Below are positions 1-10,889 of a stretch of 20,000 bases of DNA, in pieces. A model generated the notes under the pieces. The model did not search any database. It was not told the origin of the DNA and worked only from the letters and a program-made list of their open reading frames with translations. The stretch is from an uncultured Gemmatimonadota bacterium (lineage in GTDB: Bacteria; Blakebacterota; Blakebacteria; Blakebacterales; Blakebacteraceae). A program made the translations under genes and the position numbers. The number at the start of each line of letters is the position of its first letter. The first letter of the stretch is position 1. Location of the stretch: assembly GCA_964576115.1 (NCBI GenBank), contig CAZNUA010000005.1:109216-129215 (forward strand), written 5' to 3'.

Positions 1-983
1 TCGACGTCGAACCGTTGAGCCGGGAAGGGTTGATGGAGGCCGTCCAGAGAGTACTCGACCCCCGCCAGTTCACCCGCTTCGAAGAGACCAGCGAGGGGGA
101 CGGCGGCTACGAGGTCAAGGGTATCGGCCGCTTTCGGATCAACGCTTACAAGGCGCTGGGCAAGGTCAACATGGCCATCCGGTACATCCCACTCGAGATC
201 CCGAAGCTCGAGACCCTCGGTCTGCCCGCCAAGATCCCCGAAGTGGCGCTCTCACAGCGGGGCCTGGTTCTGGTGACCGGTGTCACCGGGAGCGGGAAAT
301 CCACTTCCCTGGCCGCCATGCTCCGGCACATCAACGAAAACCGTCGGGCCAAGATCATCACCCTCGAAGATCCGGTCGAGTTCCACCACACCGAAAATCT
401 CTGCAGCGTCAGCCAGCGCGAGGTCGGGATCGATACCGTATCGTACGCCGTCGGCCTGAAACAGGTCTTTCGACAGAATCCCGACGTGATCCTGCTCGGC
501 GAGATCAGGGATCAGGAGGTCATGGCCGAGGCCCTGGCCGGAGCCGAAACCGGGCATCTGGTCTTTTCGACCCTGCACACCGCCGACGCCCGCCATACCA
601 TCACCCGGATCCTCTCCTTCTACCCGCCGCACGACCACCAGGCCGTGCGCGAACTCCTTTCCGGCGTGCTGGTGGCCACCATCAGCATGCGCCTGATGCC
701 GAAGAAGGGCGGAGGGCGTATTCCGGCCGTGGAACTGATGATCAACACCGCCCTGATCGCCGATATCATCGCCGAAGAAGGCCGGCTGGCCGAGATACCG
801 CAGATCATGCAGGACGGGCGCAGCCAGTACGGGATGCAGACTTTCGACCAGTGCATTCTCGACCACTACCGGGAGGGTCTGATCGAGTACGAGGTCGCCA
901 AGGCGGCTACCAGCAATCCCTCGGAATTCGACCTGGCTATCCAGGGCATCACCGGCGGCGCCGCCGAGAGCAATTCCGACTGA
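1..983 (+). CDS. pilT: Type IV pilus retraction ATPase, PilT/PilU family (5'-truncated by window edge)
   Basis: Walker A GVTGSGKS, Asp box TLEDPVE, Walker [10 protein letters not shown], His box [17 protein letters not shown] and GMQTFDQ motifs. The frame is open back to the window start. Confidence 0.92.
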   Translation, partial: DVEPLSREGLMEAVQRVLDPRQFTRFEETSEGDGGYEVKGIGRFRINAYKALGKVNMAIRYIPLEIPKLETLGLPAKIPEVALSQRGLVLVTGVTGSGKSTSLAAMLRHINENRRAKIITLEDPVEFHHTENLCSVSQREVGIDTVSYAVGLKQVFRQNPDVILLGEIRDQEVMAEALAGAETGHLVFSTLHTADARHTITRILSFYPPHDHQAVRELLSGVLVATISMRLMPKKGGGRIPAVELMINTALIADIIAEEGRLAEIPQIMQDGRSQYGMQTFDQCILDHYREGLIEYEVAKAATSNPSEFDLAIQGITGGAAESNSD

Positions 984-1020
984 AGGTATCGGGAGAATCG
1001 AACGGAGAGGAAGGGTCGCG

Positions 1021-2370
<1,350 letters not shown>

Positions 2371-2452
2371 CACGCTCTTTCGCAGCCGATCCGCAGCGCG
2401 GGTGCGGGAGGGTCTAACCAGGGCCGTCAGGCCGGATCGTGAGGGAACGCAG

Positions 2453-2839
2453 ATGAACATTCCCCAGGAACTCTACTACAGCAAGGAACACGAGTGGTGC
2501 CGGGTCGAGGGAGAAATCGCCACCGTCGGGATCACCGATTTCGCCCAGAGCGAGCTGGGTGACGTGGTCTTTCTCGAACTGCCCGAGGTCGGCGACGAGA
2601 CCGGGGCCGGCGACGAATTCGGAACGATCGAAGCCGTCAAGGCCGTCGCCGAACTCTATGCCCCGATATCGGGCAAAGTGACCGAGATCAACGAAGCAGT
2701 GGTGGATACCCCCGAGACCGTCAACGAAGATCCCTACGGCGCCGGTTGGATGGTCAAGATCCAGATGAGCGACACCTCCGAGCTCGAGGCTCTGCTCGAT
2801 GCCGCCGGATATGAAACCTTGATTGGAGAGGGCGAGTAA
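2453..2839 (+). CDS. gcvH: Glycine cleavage system H protein (lipoyl carrier)
   Basis: ATG at 2453 after GAGGGA. Motifs [29 protein letters not shown] (lipoyl Lys), [10 protein letters not shown]. Confidence 0.96.
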   Translation: MNIPQELYYSKEHEWCRVEGEIATVGITDFAQSELGDVVFLELPEVGDETGAGDEFGTIEAVKAVAELYAPISGKVTEINEAVVDTPETVNEDPYGAGWMVKIQMSDTSELEALLDAAGYETLIGEGE

Positions 2840-2843
2840 GAAC

Positions 2844-4220
2844 GTGAAATACACACCATCGGGTCCTGGGGAGTACGCCGAACTCCTGCAGGCCATCGGC
2901 GTCGAGCGCTTCGAGGATCTGCTCGAGGGCGTGCCCGAAAAACTGCGTCTGGAGGGTGCGCTCGATCTCCCGGGAGGAATGTCCGAGCCCGAAGTACGGG
3001 CCGTGGTCGAGAAACTGGCCGCGCGGAACCGGAACCGGTCTCAGAGCGTCTGCTTTGCTGGTGCCGGAGCGTACGATCATTTCGTTCCGGCGGCCATCGA
3101 CACGATCGTCTCGCGCTCGGAATTCACCACCGCTTACACTCCCTACCAGAGCGAAGTGTCCCAGGGAACCCTGCAGGTCATCTACGAATTCCAGTCGCTG
3201 GTGGCCGAATTGATGGGCCTGGAGGTGGCCAACGCCAGCCTCTACGACGGTGCCCACGCCGTCGCCGAGGCGGTACTGCTGGCCCATGCCGTCCGGGGGG
3301 TCGATCGCGCCCTGGTCTCCGCCGGTCTGCACCCGCACGCCCGGCGCGTGCTCGACACCTACGCCGCCGGACTGGGGCTCGAGATCGTGACGGTACCGTT
3401 GGGCGCCGATGGACGCACCGATGCCGCCGCTCTGACCGAACTGCTCGCCGAACCGGCTTCAGCCGTCGTGTTCGCCCATCCCACCTTTTCCGGATGTCTC
3501 GAAGATCCCGCCCGCCTGACCGGGATCGTCCATGATACCGGGGCCGGAAAACCGCCCCTGGTCATCGGCTCGGTGTATCCCCTCAGTCTCGGGCTGCTGG
3601 CCCCGCCGGGGGAGTGGGGCGCCGACGTGGCGGTCGCCGAAGGACAGAGCCTGGGTCTGCCGCTTTCCTTCGGCGGTCCCTACCTGGGGCTCTTCGCCTG
3701 CCGCTCGGAGTACCTCCGGCGCCTGCCGGGGCGGCTCATCGGCCGTACGCTCGACCGCGACGGGCGGGAGAGCTTCGTACTCACCATGCAGACGCGCGAA
3801 CAGCACATCCGGCGGGCCAAAGCCACCTCGAACATCTGTACCAACCAGGGTCTCTGCGCCACCTGGGGTACGGTCTACATGAGTCTGCTCGGGCCCGAAG
3901 GCCTGCGGGAGGTGGCCGAACAGTGCCATGCCCGGGCGCACTATCTGGCCGGTTTGCTCACCGCCGTGCCGGGGGTCGAACTGACCTGGCCCGACACCCC
4001 ATTCTTCAACGAGTTCACCCTGAACCTGCCGGTCGATCCGGGCGAGCTCCTGGCCCGACTGGACGGGGTGGGTTTTCTGGGCGGCGTCGATCCGCACCGC
4101 TTCGAACCCACCATCCCCGGAGATCTGATCGTCGCCGTGACCGAGCAGCGCACCCGGGCCGAGATGGACGCTTTCGCCCGGGCTTTCGAAGAGGCCGTTA
4201 CCGGAGGATTCAAGCCATGA
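2844..4220 (+). CDS. gcvPA: Glycine dehydrogenase (decarboxylating) subunit 1
   Basis: Probable GTG start at 2844 (MKYTP), 4 nt after the gcvH stop. Motifs [53 protein letters not shown]. Confidence 0.95.
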   Translation: MKYTPSGPGEYAELLQAIGVERFEDLLEGVPEKLRLEGALDLPGGMSEPEVRAVVEKLAARNRNRSQSVCFAGAGAYDHFVPAAIDTIVSRSEFTTAYTPYQSEVSQGTLQVIYEFQSLVAELMGLEVANASLYDGAHAVAEAVLLAHAVRGVDRALVSAGLHPHARRVLDTYAAGLGLEIVTVPLGADGRTDAAALTELLAEPASAVVFAHPTFSGCLEDPARLTGIVHDTGAGKPPLVIGSVYPLSLGLLAPPGEWGADVAVAEGQSLGLPLSFGGPYLGLFACRSEYLRRLPGRLIGRTLDRDGRESFVLTMQTREQHIRRAKATSNICTNQGLCATWGTVYMSLLGPEGLREVAEQCHARAHYLAGLLTAVPGVELTWPDTPFFNEFTLNLPVDPGELLARLDGVGFLGGVDPHRFEPTIPGDLIVAVTEQRTRAEMDAFARAFEEAVTGGFKP

Positions 4221-5755
4221 GCGACACCCCGCAGCCTCTGACAGCCGCCGAGCGGGCGGCCCGCAACGCCCGCAGCCCCTGGCTCACCGCCCCCGAACCG
4301 CTTGCGATCGAACTGAGCCGCGCCGGGCGGCGCGGACTGCCTCTGCCCGCTCTCGACGTGCCCGAGGCGGACCCGGTTTCCGAAGGGCTGGCCCGCAGCA
4401 GGGCCCCGCACTGGCCCGAGATGAGCGAGAGCGAGGTTGTGCGGCACTTCACCCGGCTCTCGACCCGTAACCACCACGTGGACAAGAACCTCTACCCCCT
4501 GGGATCGTGCACCATGAAGTACAATCCCAAGGTCAACGAGGTCATGGCCCGGCTCCCGGGTCTGGTGGACCTGCACCCCCTGCAGCACGATACGGGAGTC
4601 CAGGGCGCACTGGCCCTGATGTGGGAGCTCGAACGGCTTCTGGCGGCGATATCGGGTTTCGCAGCGGTGAGCCTGCAGCCCGCAGCGGGTGCCCAGGGCG
4701 AGTTGACCGGTCTGATGACGATCCGGGCCTGCCACGAGGCCGCCGGCGAAGGGGAGAGCCGCAAGCGGGTTCTGCTGCCCGATTCGGCCCACGGCACCAA
4801 TCCCGCCAGCGTCACCCTCAACGGCTGGGTGACCGAAGAGATCGCCAGCGGATCCGACGGTCTGATCGATCTCGAGGCCCTGCGCGACGGTCTGGGATCC
4901 GACGTGGCCTGCCTGATGATCACCAATCCGAACACGCTCGGCCTCTTCGAATCCTCGATCGAGACCGTCTGCGAACTGGTCCACGAGGCGGGGGGATTGG
5001 TGTACATGGACGGTGCCAACCTCAACGCCCTGATGGGGATCGTACAGCCGGGACGGATCGGGGTGGACGTGATGCACTTCAACCTGCACAAAACTTTCTC
5101 CACCCCCCACGGTGGGGGCGGGCCGGGAGCGGGGCCGATCGGCGTGACCGAAAGGCTCGAGCCCTTCCTGCCGGTGCCCCGTATCGAGCGGGAAGCCTCG
5201 ACCGAAGCGCCCGACGGCTGGGCCTACCGCACGGTGTGGGACCGTCCGCAGAGCATCGGGAAAGTACAGGGCTTTTTCGGCAACTTCGGCGTCCTGGTCC
5301 GGGCCTACACCTATATCCGGGCGCTGGGCCCCGAGGGTCTGGCCGATGCCACCCGGGGGGCGGTCATCAATGCCAACTACCTGCTCTCCCGGGTCGGGGA
5401 CGCCTACCATCTGCCCCATCCCGGACCGTGTATGCACGAGTTCGTGCTTTCGGGCTGCGATCAGAAGAGCGCCTGCGGGGTGAACACCACCGATATCGCC
5501 AAGCGACTGCTCGATTTCGGCTTTCACGCCCCGACCGTCTACTTCCCGCTCATCGTGCCCGAAGCGCTCATGATCGAACCCACCGAGACTGAAACCCGGG
5601 AAACCCTCGACGAGTTCGCCGAAGCTCTGCTGCAGATCGCCCGCGAAGCGAAGGAGGATCCCGATCTGGTCCACGAGGCGCCGCATACGACTCCCGTCAG
5701 ACGTCCTGACGAAGCCAGGGCGGCCAAGCACCCCGACCTGAGGTGGCGCGCCTGA
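4217..5755 (+). CDS. gcvPB: Glycine dehydrogenase (decarboxylating) subunit 2
   Basis: ATGA overlap with the gcvPA stop. Motifs [43 protein letters not shown]-lysine motif [24 protein letters not shown]. Confidence 0.96.
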   Translation: MSDTPQPLTAAERAARNARSPWLTAPEPLAIELSRAGRRGLPLPALDVPEADPVSEGLARSRAPHWPEMSESEVVRHFTRLSTRNHHVDKNLYPLGSCTMKYNPKVNEVMARLPGLVDLHPLQHDTGVQGALALMWELERLLAAISGFAAVSLQPAAGAQGELTGLMTIRACHEAAGEGESRKRVLLPDSAHGTNPASVTLNGWVTEEIASGSDGLIDLEALRDGLGSDVACLMITNPNTLGLFESSIETVCELVHEAGGLVYMDGANLNALMGIVQPGRIGVDVMHFNLHKTFSTPHGGGGPGAGPIGVTERLEPFLPVPRIEREASTEAPDGWAYRTVWDRPQSIGKVQGFFGNFGVLVRAYTYIRALGPEGLADATRGAVINANYLLSRVGDAYHLPHPGPCMHEFVLSGCDQKSACGVNTTDIAKRLLDFGFHAPTVYFPLIVPEALMIEPTETETRETLDEFAEALLQIAREAKEDPDLVHEAPHTTPVRRPDEARAAKHPDLRWRA

Positions 5756-7533
5756 CGATCCGGAGCGGTCTGTTCGTCCTCGCCCTGGCCGCCGGGGCGG
5801 GAATCGGGGGGTGTGCCAAGGAAGGGATGCCTCCCGGCGGCCCCGAAGATATCGAAGCCCCCGGTCTCGAAGCCGTTTCTCCGGTTCCGGGGGCCACCGG
5901 TGTCAGCCGCTTCGAACCGATCGTCTTCCATTTTTCCGAGGCCATGAACCACGCCAGTGTGGAGAAGGCGCTCTTCTTCACCCCCGACATCGGCTCCACC
6001 CTGCGGGTGAACTGGCGCGGTCGCGAGCTGCGGCTCGAACCGCAGGTGCGCTACCGCGAGAACACCACCATCGTGGTCACTCTCGGAGCCGATGCGGCCG
6101 ATACCCATCGCAATCGTCTGGGGGAGAGTCTCACTTTCGCCTTCTCGACCGGATCCGAACTCGATGCCGGGGTGGTGAGCGGACAGGTCGTCGAGGCCGG
6201 CCGGCCGGCCTCCGGATCCTGGCTCTGGATCTACGAGCTCGCAGCCGGCCCGCCCGATCCCTCGCCCCTGCTCGGGCTGGACCGGGCCTACCCTCTCTAC
6301 ATCACCCAGACCGACGATGCCGGGTACTTCGAACAGCGGTACATGGGCGCCGGATCGTACCGGATTTTCGCTTTCATCGATCGGAACTCGAACCTGCGTT
6401 TCGACCTCGACACCGATCCCCTGGCGGTACCCCCGACCGACATTCATCTCTCAGGCACCTCAGCCGACAGCGCCGCCAATATGTTCACCGGTCTGGTTTT
6501 GAATCTGGCCCCGCGCGATACCGTCGGGCCCCGGCTCCGGTCCGCCGTCGCCCTTGATTCGGTCCGTATCACGCTGACTTTCTCCGAACCGCCCGCCCCG
6601 GAAACGGTACCGCGGGTCGCCATCGCCGGCTGGGATGAGGCGGCCGAAGCTGCCAGCAGCGACCTGCCCGCCCCGGTGATCGTCGCCGCCCACCGTCCGG
6701 TCGAAGCGGCCGGTTCGCTGCTGCTCCGGGTCGCCGGGGCCGAGCCGGGGACGCGCTATCTGGTCCGTCTTCTCGAAGCGGTCGATGCGGCCGGCAACCC
6801 GGCCCGGGAGGCGGTGCGTCCCGTGCTCTGTACCGTGCCTGCCCGCAGTGACACCACCGCTCCCCGGCTCGCGGCGGTCACGCCGCCCGATTCCAGCCGG
6901 GGCTTGAATCGCGACACCCGCCTCAGACTCACCTTTGCCACCGAAGTGGATCCCCCCGCCGATCAGACCTGGCGTCTCATCGGTCCCGACACCCTCGACC
7001 TGACCGCCAGTTGGCTCGATCCCCGCACGATCGAGTTCGAGCTGTCCGGAGATCCCCGCGAGGGCGACTGGTACCGTCTGCCGGTTCCCCTGGCCCGGTT
7101 CACCTCGTGGACGGGCATCAACGGCCCCTCCGGTCTGCCCGGACCCGCCTGGCAGGCTGCGGCTCTTCCCGGCCGCGGCACCCTCAGACTCAGCATTGCC
7201 GGTGACCGGGAACCGCCGGCCGGCGGGTACGTCATTTATTTCGAGGGGGCGGGCAGCCGGGCGGCCGAACGGGTCACGGTCCACCGGGCTCAAGCCGGTG
7301 AGTTTGCGACTCCCGAACTGCCGGTCGGGCCGTACTGCGTCTGGGGTTTTGCCGACGCCGATGCCGACGGCCGGCTCGACACGGGTGCGGCCCTGCCCTT
7401 CGAACCGGCCGAGATCGTGGCGGTCCTGCCCGATACCCTGTATGTGCGTGATTCTTTCGAAAGCAGCTATGCTCTGCCGCTCGTGCTGCGGGCGATCCGC
7501 CCGCCCCCGGAAGAAGGAGAAGAAGGACGATGA
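5743..7533 (+). CDS. Ig-like (Big_5-type) domain lipoprotein
   Basis: Hydrophobic signal with lipobox-like GIGG-C24, followed by [13 protein letters not shown]. Repeated Ig-like motifs ([32 protein letters not shown]). Overlaps gcvPB and dapF. Confidence 0.7.
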   Translation: MARLTIRSGLFVLALAAGAGIGGCAKEGMPPGGPEDIEAPGLEAVSPVPGATGVSRFEPIVFHFSEAMNHASVEKALFFTPDIGSTLRVNWRGRELRLEPQVRYRENTTIVVTLGADAADTHRNRLGESLTFAFSTGSELDAGVVSGQVVEAGRPASGSWLWIYELAAGPPDPSPLLGLDRAYPLYITQTDDAGYFEQRYMGAGSYRIFAFIDRNSNLRFDLDTDPLAVPPTDIHLSGTSADSAANMFTGLVLNLAPRDTVGPRLRSAVALDSVRITLTFSEPPAPETVPRVAIAGWDEAAEAASSDLPAPVIVAAHRPVEAAGSLLLRVAGAEPGTRYLVRLLEAVDAAGNPAREAVRPVLCTVPARSDTTAPRLAAVTPPDSSRGLNRDTRLRLTFATEVDPPADQTWRLIGPDTLDLTASWLDPRTIEFELSGDPREGDWYRLPVPLARFTSWTGINGPSGLPGPAWQAAALPGRGTLRLSIAGDREPPAGGYVIYFEGAGSRAAERVTVHRAQAGEFATPELPVGPYCVWGFADADADGRLDTGAALPFEPAEIVAVLPDTLYVRDSFESSYALPLVLRAIRPPPEEGEEGR

Positions 7534-8405
7534 ACACGGCCTTTCTGAAGATGACCGGGGCCGGGAATGATTTTCTGGTCATCGACGACCGGGCGGACGC
7601 GCTCGCGGGGTGCGGACCCGAGCGCTGGCGCGAGCTCTGTGAGCGGCGCACCGGGGTGGGGGCCGACGGGGTTCTGTTGCTGGGAGCCGGCACCAGCGGC
7701 GATGCGCGTATGACCTATCTCAACGCCGACGGCCGGCCGGCACGCATGTGCGGGAACGGCGCCCGCTGCCTGGCCTGGGCCGCGGCGGTGGAATTCGGTC
7801 TGGGGCGAGAACTGTCCCTCGAAAGTCCGAGACCCCCGGAGTGGGAACTACCGCCGGGGTTCGGGGCGAAACAGATCTGGAACCTCAGTCTGGAAGCCGC
7901 CGACGGTCTGCATCACACACTGGGCTGGGGCCGGACGGTCATGGTGTCGATCGGCGATCCCGCCTCGGTGCTCGACACCCCTCTCGAGCCCGCGCCCGAC
8001 GGCCTGGCCGGAGTTCTGATCGATACCGGTGTGCCCCACTACGTCGTGACCGTACCCGATCCCGCCGGGCTCGATCTCGAACGGCTCGGACCGGCGATCC
8101 GCCATCACCCCGATCTGGCGCCGGCGGGTGCCAACGCGACCTTCGTCTCAACCGGTCCCGACGCCGGGGGGGAATACCTCTTCCGGACCTGGGAGCGGGG
8201 GGTGGAGGCCGAGACTCTTTCCTGCGGCACCGGTGCCGCGGCCGCAGCCGCGGTTCTGGCCCGCAGCGGGATCAGCTCGCCGGTCGCCCTGCGCTCGGCC
8301 GGCGGGGTGCTGCAGGTGCATTTCGATGCCTCGCAGTCCGTACCGCGCGGACTCTGGCTCGAAGGCCCCATCCGGCTCGTTTATCGCGGCACCCTGGCCG
8401 ACTGA
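7530..8405 (+). CDS. dapF: Diaminopimelate epimerase
   Basis: ATGA overlap with the upstream gene. Motifs FLKMTGAGNDF, GVGADG, NADG..MCGNGAR, DTGVPH, WERGVEAETLSCGTG. Both catalytic cysteines are present. Confidence 0.93.
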   Translation: MNTAFLKMTGAGNDFLVIDDRADALAGCGPERWRELCERRTGVGADGVLLLGAGTSGDARMTYLNADGRPARMCGNGARCLAWAAAVEFGLGRELSLESPRPPEWELPPGFGAKQIWNLSLEAADGLHHTLGWGRTVMVSIGDPASVLDTPLEPAPDGLAGVLIDTGVPHYVVTVPDPAGLDLERLGPAIRHHPDLAPAGANATFVSTGPDAGGEYLFRTWERGVEAETLSCGTGAAAAAAVLARSGISSPVALRSAGGVLQVHFDASQSVPRGLWLEGPIRLVYRGTLAD

Positions 8406-8408
8406 GAT

Positions 8409-9305
8409 TCAGGGCAGAAAATCGTCGCGCAGGCGGGCCCAGAGATCGGCCAGGGCCCGGGCGGCGGGGGAGTCGGGACGGGTCGTGACCGGGCGGCGGG
8501 CGACCACGCTCTCGAGAACCTCTTCATCCCAGGGAATGACACCCGCGATCGAGATCCCCGCTCCGTGGGCGAAACGCTCGACCTCGGCGACACCGTCGGG
8601 GAGCAGATCGGCTTTATTGAGGCAGATGGTGACCGGCAGGCCGAAGTGCTGCACGGTCTGGACAATCCGTTCCAGGTCGTGCGCCCCGGCCAGGCCCGGT
8701 TCGGTGACGATCAGGGCGGCATCGGCCCCGGTGATTGCGCTGACGACGGGGCAGCCGATCCCCGGCGGACCGTCGGTCACGATCAGTTCGCTTCCCGCCT
8801 GCCCGGCCGCTTCGCGGGCCATCTGGCGCACGGCCATGACCAGTTTGCCGGAGTTCTCGCCGCCGGGCAGAAGAGCGGCATGGTACAGAGGTCCCCAGGC
8901 GGTCCGGGATTGTCGCAGATAGCCGGTCAGTTCGGGCTGCATCGCGATCGCCCCTTCGGGGCAGGCATAGACACAGGCGGCGCACCCTTCGCAGGCCAGC
9001 TCGTCGATCAGGGGCGCGGCGCCGGCGCCGCGGTCGATCACGGCGTCAAAACGGCAGGCTTGCAGGCAGTTGCGGTGACCGCTGCACAGGTCGGGATCGA
9101 GGTGGGCCACCTTGCCGCTGATGAACTCGGTCTCCGCTTCGGTCTCCGGATCGAGAAGCAGGGCCAGGTTGGCGGCGTCCACGTCGGCATCCACGGCCGT
9201 CAGCTGCAGAGGAGGGGATCCGGCGGCGGCCAGATGGACCAGTCCGGCCGTGACCGAGGTCTTTCCCGTACCGCCCTTCCCGCTCAGAACGACCAGTTCG
9301 GTCAT
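8409..9305 (-). CDS. MinD-superfamily P-loop ATPase with inserted ferredoxin domain (COG1149-type)
   Basis: Deviant Walker A SGKGGTGKT, DADVDAANL, CSGHRNCLQAC and CEGCAACVYACP, ENSGKLV, DGPPGIGCPV, VTEP. Confidence 0.9.
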   Translation of the reverse strand: MTELVVLSGKGGTGKTSVTAGLVHLAAAGSPPLQLTAVDADVDAANLALLLDPETEAETEFISGKVAHLDPDLCSGHRNCLQACRFDAVIDRGAGAAPLIDELACEGCAACVYACPEGAIAMQPELTGYLRQSRTAWGPLYHAALLPGGENSGKLVMAVRQMAREAAGQAGSELIVTDGPPGIGCPVVSAITGADAALIVTEPGLAGAHDLERIVQTVQHFGLPVTICLNKADLLPDGVAEVERFAHGAGISIAGVIPWDEEVLESVVARRPVTTRPDSPAARALADLWARLRDDFLP

Positions 9306-10216
9306 GACCCGCCCTCCCGGCCGAGAGCGGCGAAGCGCTCGGGCAGCGCGGCCAGTTCGTCGGCCAGCCCCGGCTCGATCTCGATCAGCGGCCGGCCCCG
9401 GGCGGTCCCTTCCGCTATAGCCCGGCTGAAAGGTATCCGCAGCACGATCGGCAGGCCGGCCCGATCGCAGAAGGCGTCCAGGTCGTCGAAACCGGTTCCG
9501 TCGCGGTTCACGACCACGGCCGCCGGAAGATGGAGGAAACGGACGACCTCGGTAATCAGTTCGAGATCGTGCAGTCCGAAGGGGGTCGGTTCGGTGACCA
9601 GCAGAACGGCCTCGGCCCCGCGCATCGATTCCACCACGGGGCAGGTCGTGCCGGGGGGGCAGTCAATGACGATGTGGTCGGGTCGGGGGGGATCGGGAAG
9701 GGTATCCTCACCGCTGCCCGGGCTCCACGCATCCCACTGTTTGAGACCCCTGATGACCGGTACGGCCAGAGCCTCCCCGGTATGCAGAACCCCGCGGGCC
9801 AGACGCGGACCGAAGGGAGTGGGGCCGGCCTCGATGATTCCCAGGATCCGGGGTACTTCCGAAATGGCCGCCACCGGGCAGATGGTTGAACAGAGGCCGC
9901 AGCCGTGGCAGAGATCGGAGAAGAGGAGCACCTGGTCGTCGAGGACGGAGATGGCATTGAACTCGCAGACCTCGGCGCACCGTCCGCAGAGGGTGCAGAG
10001 TTCCTCGTCGACGGCGGGCACGGGCGGTCCGACCTCGATCCGGACGTCGAAGCGGGGCTCGAGGTACAGATGGGCATTGGGGGTTTCGACGTCACAGTCG
10101 CGCAGCAGGATCCGCTCTCCGGGGTCGGCAACCTCCCGGGCCAGGGCGATGGCCAGACTCGTCGCCAGGGTTGTCTTGCCGGTTCCGCCTTTGCCGCTGG
10201 CAACAGCGATGCGCAT
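9302..10216 (-). CDS. MinD-superfamily P-loop ATPase with inserted 2x[4Fe-4S] domain (COG1149-type), paralog of the adjacent gene
   Basis: MRIAVASGKGGTGKTT, DCDVETPN, CTLCGRCAEVC, CHGCGLCSTICP, DCPPGTTCPV, VTEPTPFGLHDL. 4-nt overlap with the next gene. Confidence 0.9.
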   Translation of the reverse strand: MRIAVASGKGGTGKTTLATSLAIALAREVADPGERILLRDCDVETPNAHLYLEPRFDVRIEVGPPVPAVDEELCTLCGRCAEVCEFNAISVLDDQVLLFSDLCHGCGLCSTICPVAAISEVPRILGIIEAGPTPFGPRLARGVLHTGEALAVPVIRGLKQWDAWSPGSGEDTLPDPPRPDHIVIDCPPGTTCPVVESMRGAEAVLLVTEPTPFGLHDLELITEVVRFLHLPAAVVVNRDGTGFDDLDAFCDRAGLPIVLRIPFSRAIAEGTARGRPLIEIEPGLADELAALPERFAALGREGGS

Positions 10217-10228
10217 TGAAATCGCTTC

Positions 10229-10687
10229 CTAGCCGGAGAGTGAGGCGAGATCTTCGTCGATCGAACGCAGACGGGCTGAGAGCACCCGGGCGATATTGAA
10301 GGCCACCAGGGTCATCGCCTCGGGATGGGCGTCGAAGAGTCGGACCAGAGCCTGCTTGGAGAAGAGTACCGTCCGGGTCTGCGTGTGGGCCCGGGCGGTC
10401 GCCGAACGGGGCTTGATATCCACCACCGCCATCTCGCCGAAAAAATCGCCCTGATCGGTCAGCATGGCCAGCGGCCGGGGATACCCTTCCGGGGTCATCT
10501 TTTCGATCTGTACCTGCCCCGCCAGAAGCACGGCGAAACTGTCGCCCGGCTCGCCCTCGTGCACGATCACCTCGCCGGGGGCGAACTCCTGTACCTGTGC
10601 CAGCTCGATCAGGATCCGGAGATGGTTCTCACTGAAACCGCTGAACAGAGGTGAGGCTTTCAGTAAGGCAATATCGCGGTCATCCAT
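10229..10687 (-). CDS. Stand-alone cyclic nucleotide-binding domain protein (no HTH)
   Basis: SD GAGGAG 8 nt upstream. PLFSGFS, GEVIVHEGEPGDS, phosphate-binding cassette GDFFGEMAVVDIKPRSATARA. The protein ends after the C-helix at 152 aa. Confidence 0.88.
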   Translation of the reverse strand: MDDRDIALLKASPLFSGFSENHLRILIELAQVQEFAPGEVIVHEGEPGDSFAVLLAGQVQIEKMTPEGYPRPLAMLTDQGDFFGEMAVVDIKPRSATARAHTQTRTVLFSKQALVRLFDAHPEAMTLVAFNIARVLSARLRSIDEDLASLSG

Positions 10688-10889
10688 GCCATGTTCTCCT
10701 CACCGGAGCCCTGAGTCTTGACGGGTTTGTCAGCCGATCCATCTTTCTGCATACAATGGTATCGGCGGGAAGATGGGAAGGGAAAATCCGCGTTATGCGT
10801 TCGGTCAACGGCAATGGGGGAGAATGCAGTTGCACCGGCAGGGGGCGGCGGTAGATTGGCTCCTCAACGACCTGGAGAAGGAGTGAACC

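Noticed and set aside
2387..2439. Cloverleaf-like fold as a tRNA remnant
   Set aside because: Too short, with no T-loop GTTC or D-loop consensus.
2630..2644. GcvH EAVKA as a biotin-acceptor substitute for the missing AccB
   Set aside because: Biotinylation sites are typically AMKM, and the rest of the protein is a canonical H protein.
3614..4216. 201-aa N-terminal extension of the gcvPB ORF (possible fusion or frameshift)
   Set aside because: It overlaps gcvPA out of frame with Arg/Pro-rich composition. The true ATG is at 4217 with a GGAGG SD and ATGA overlap.
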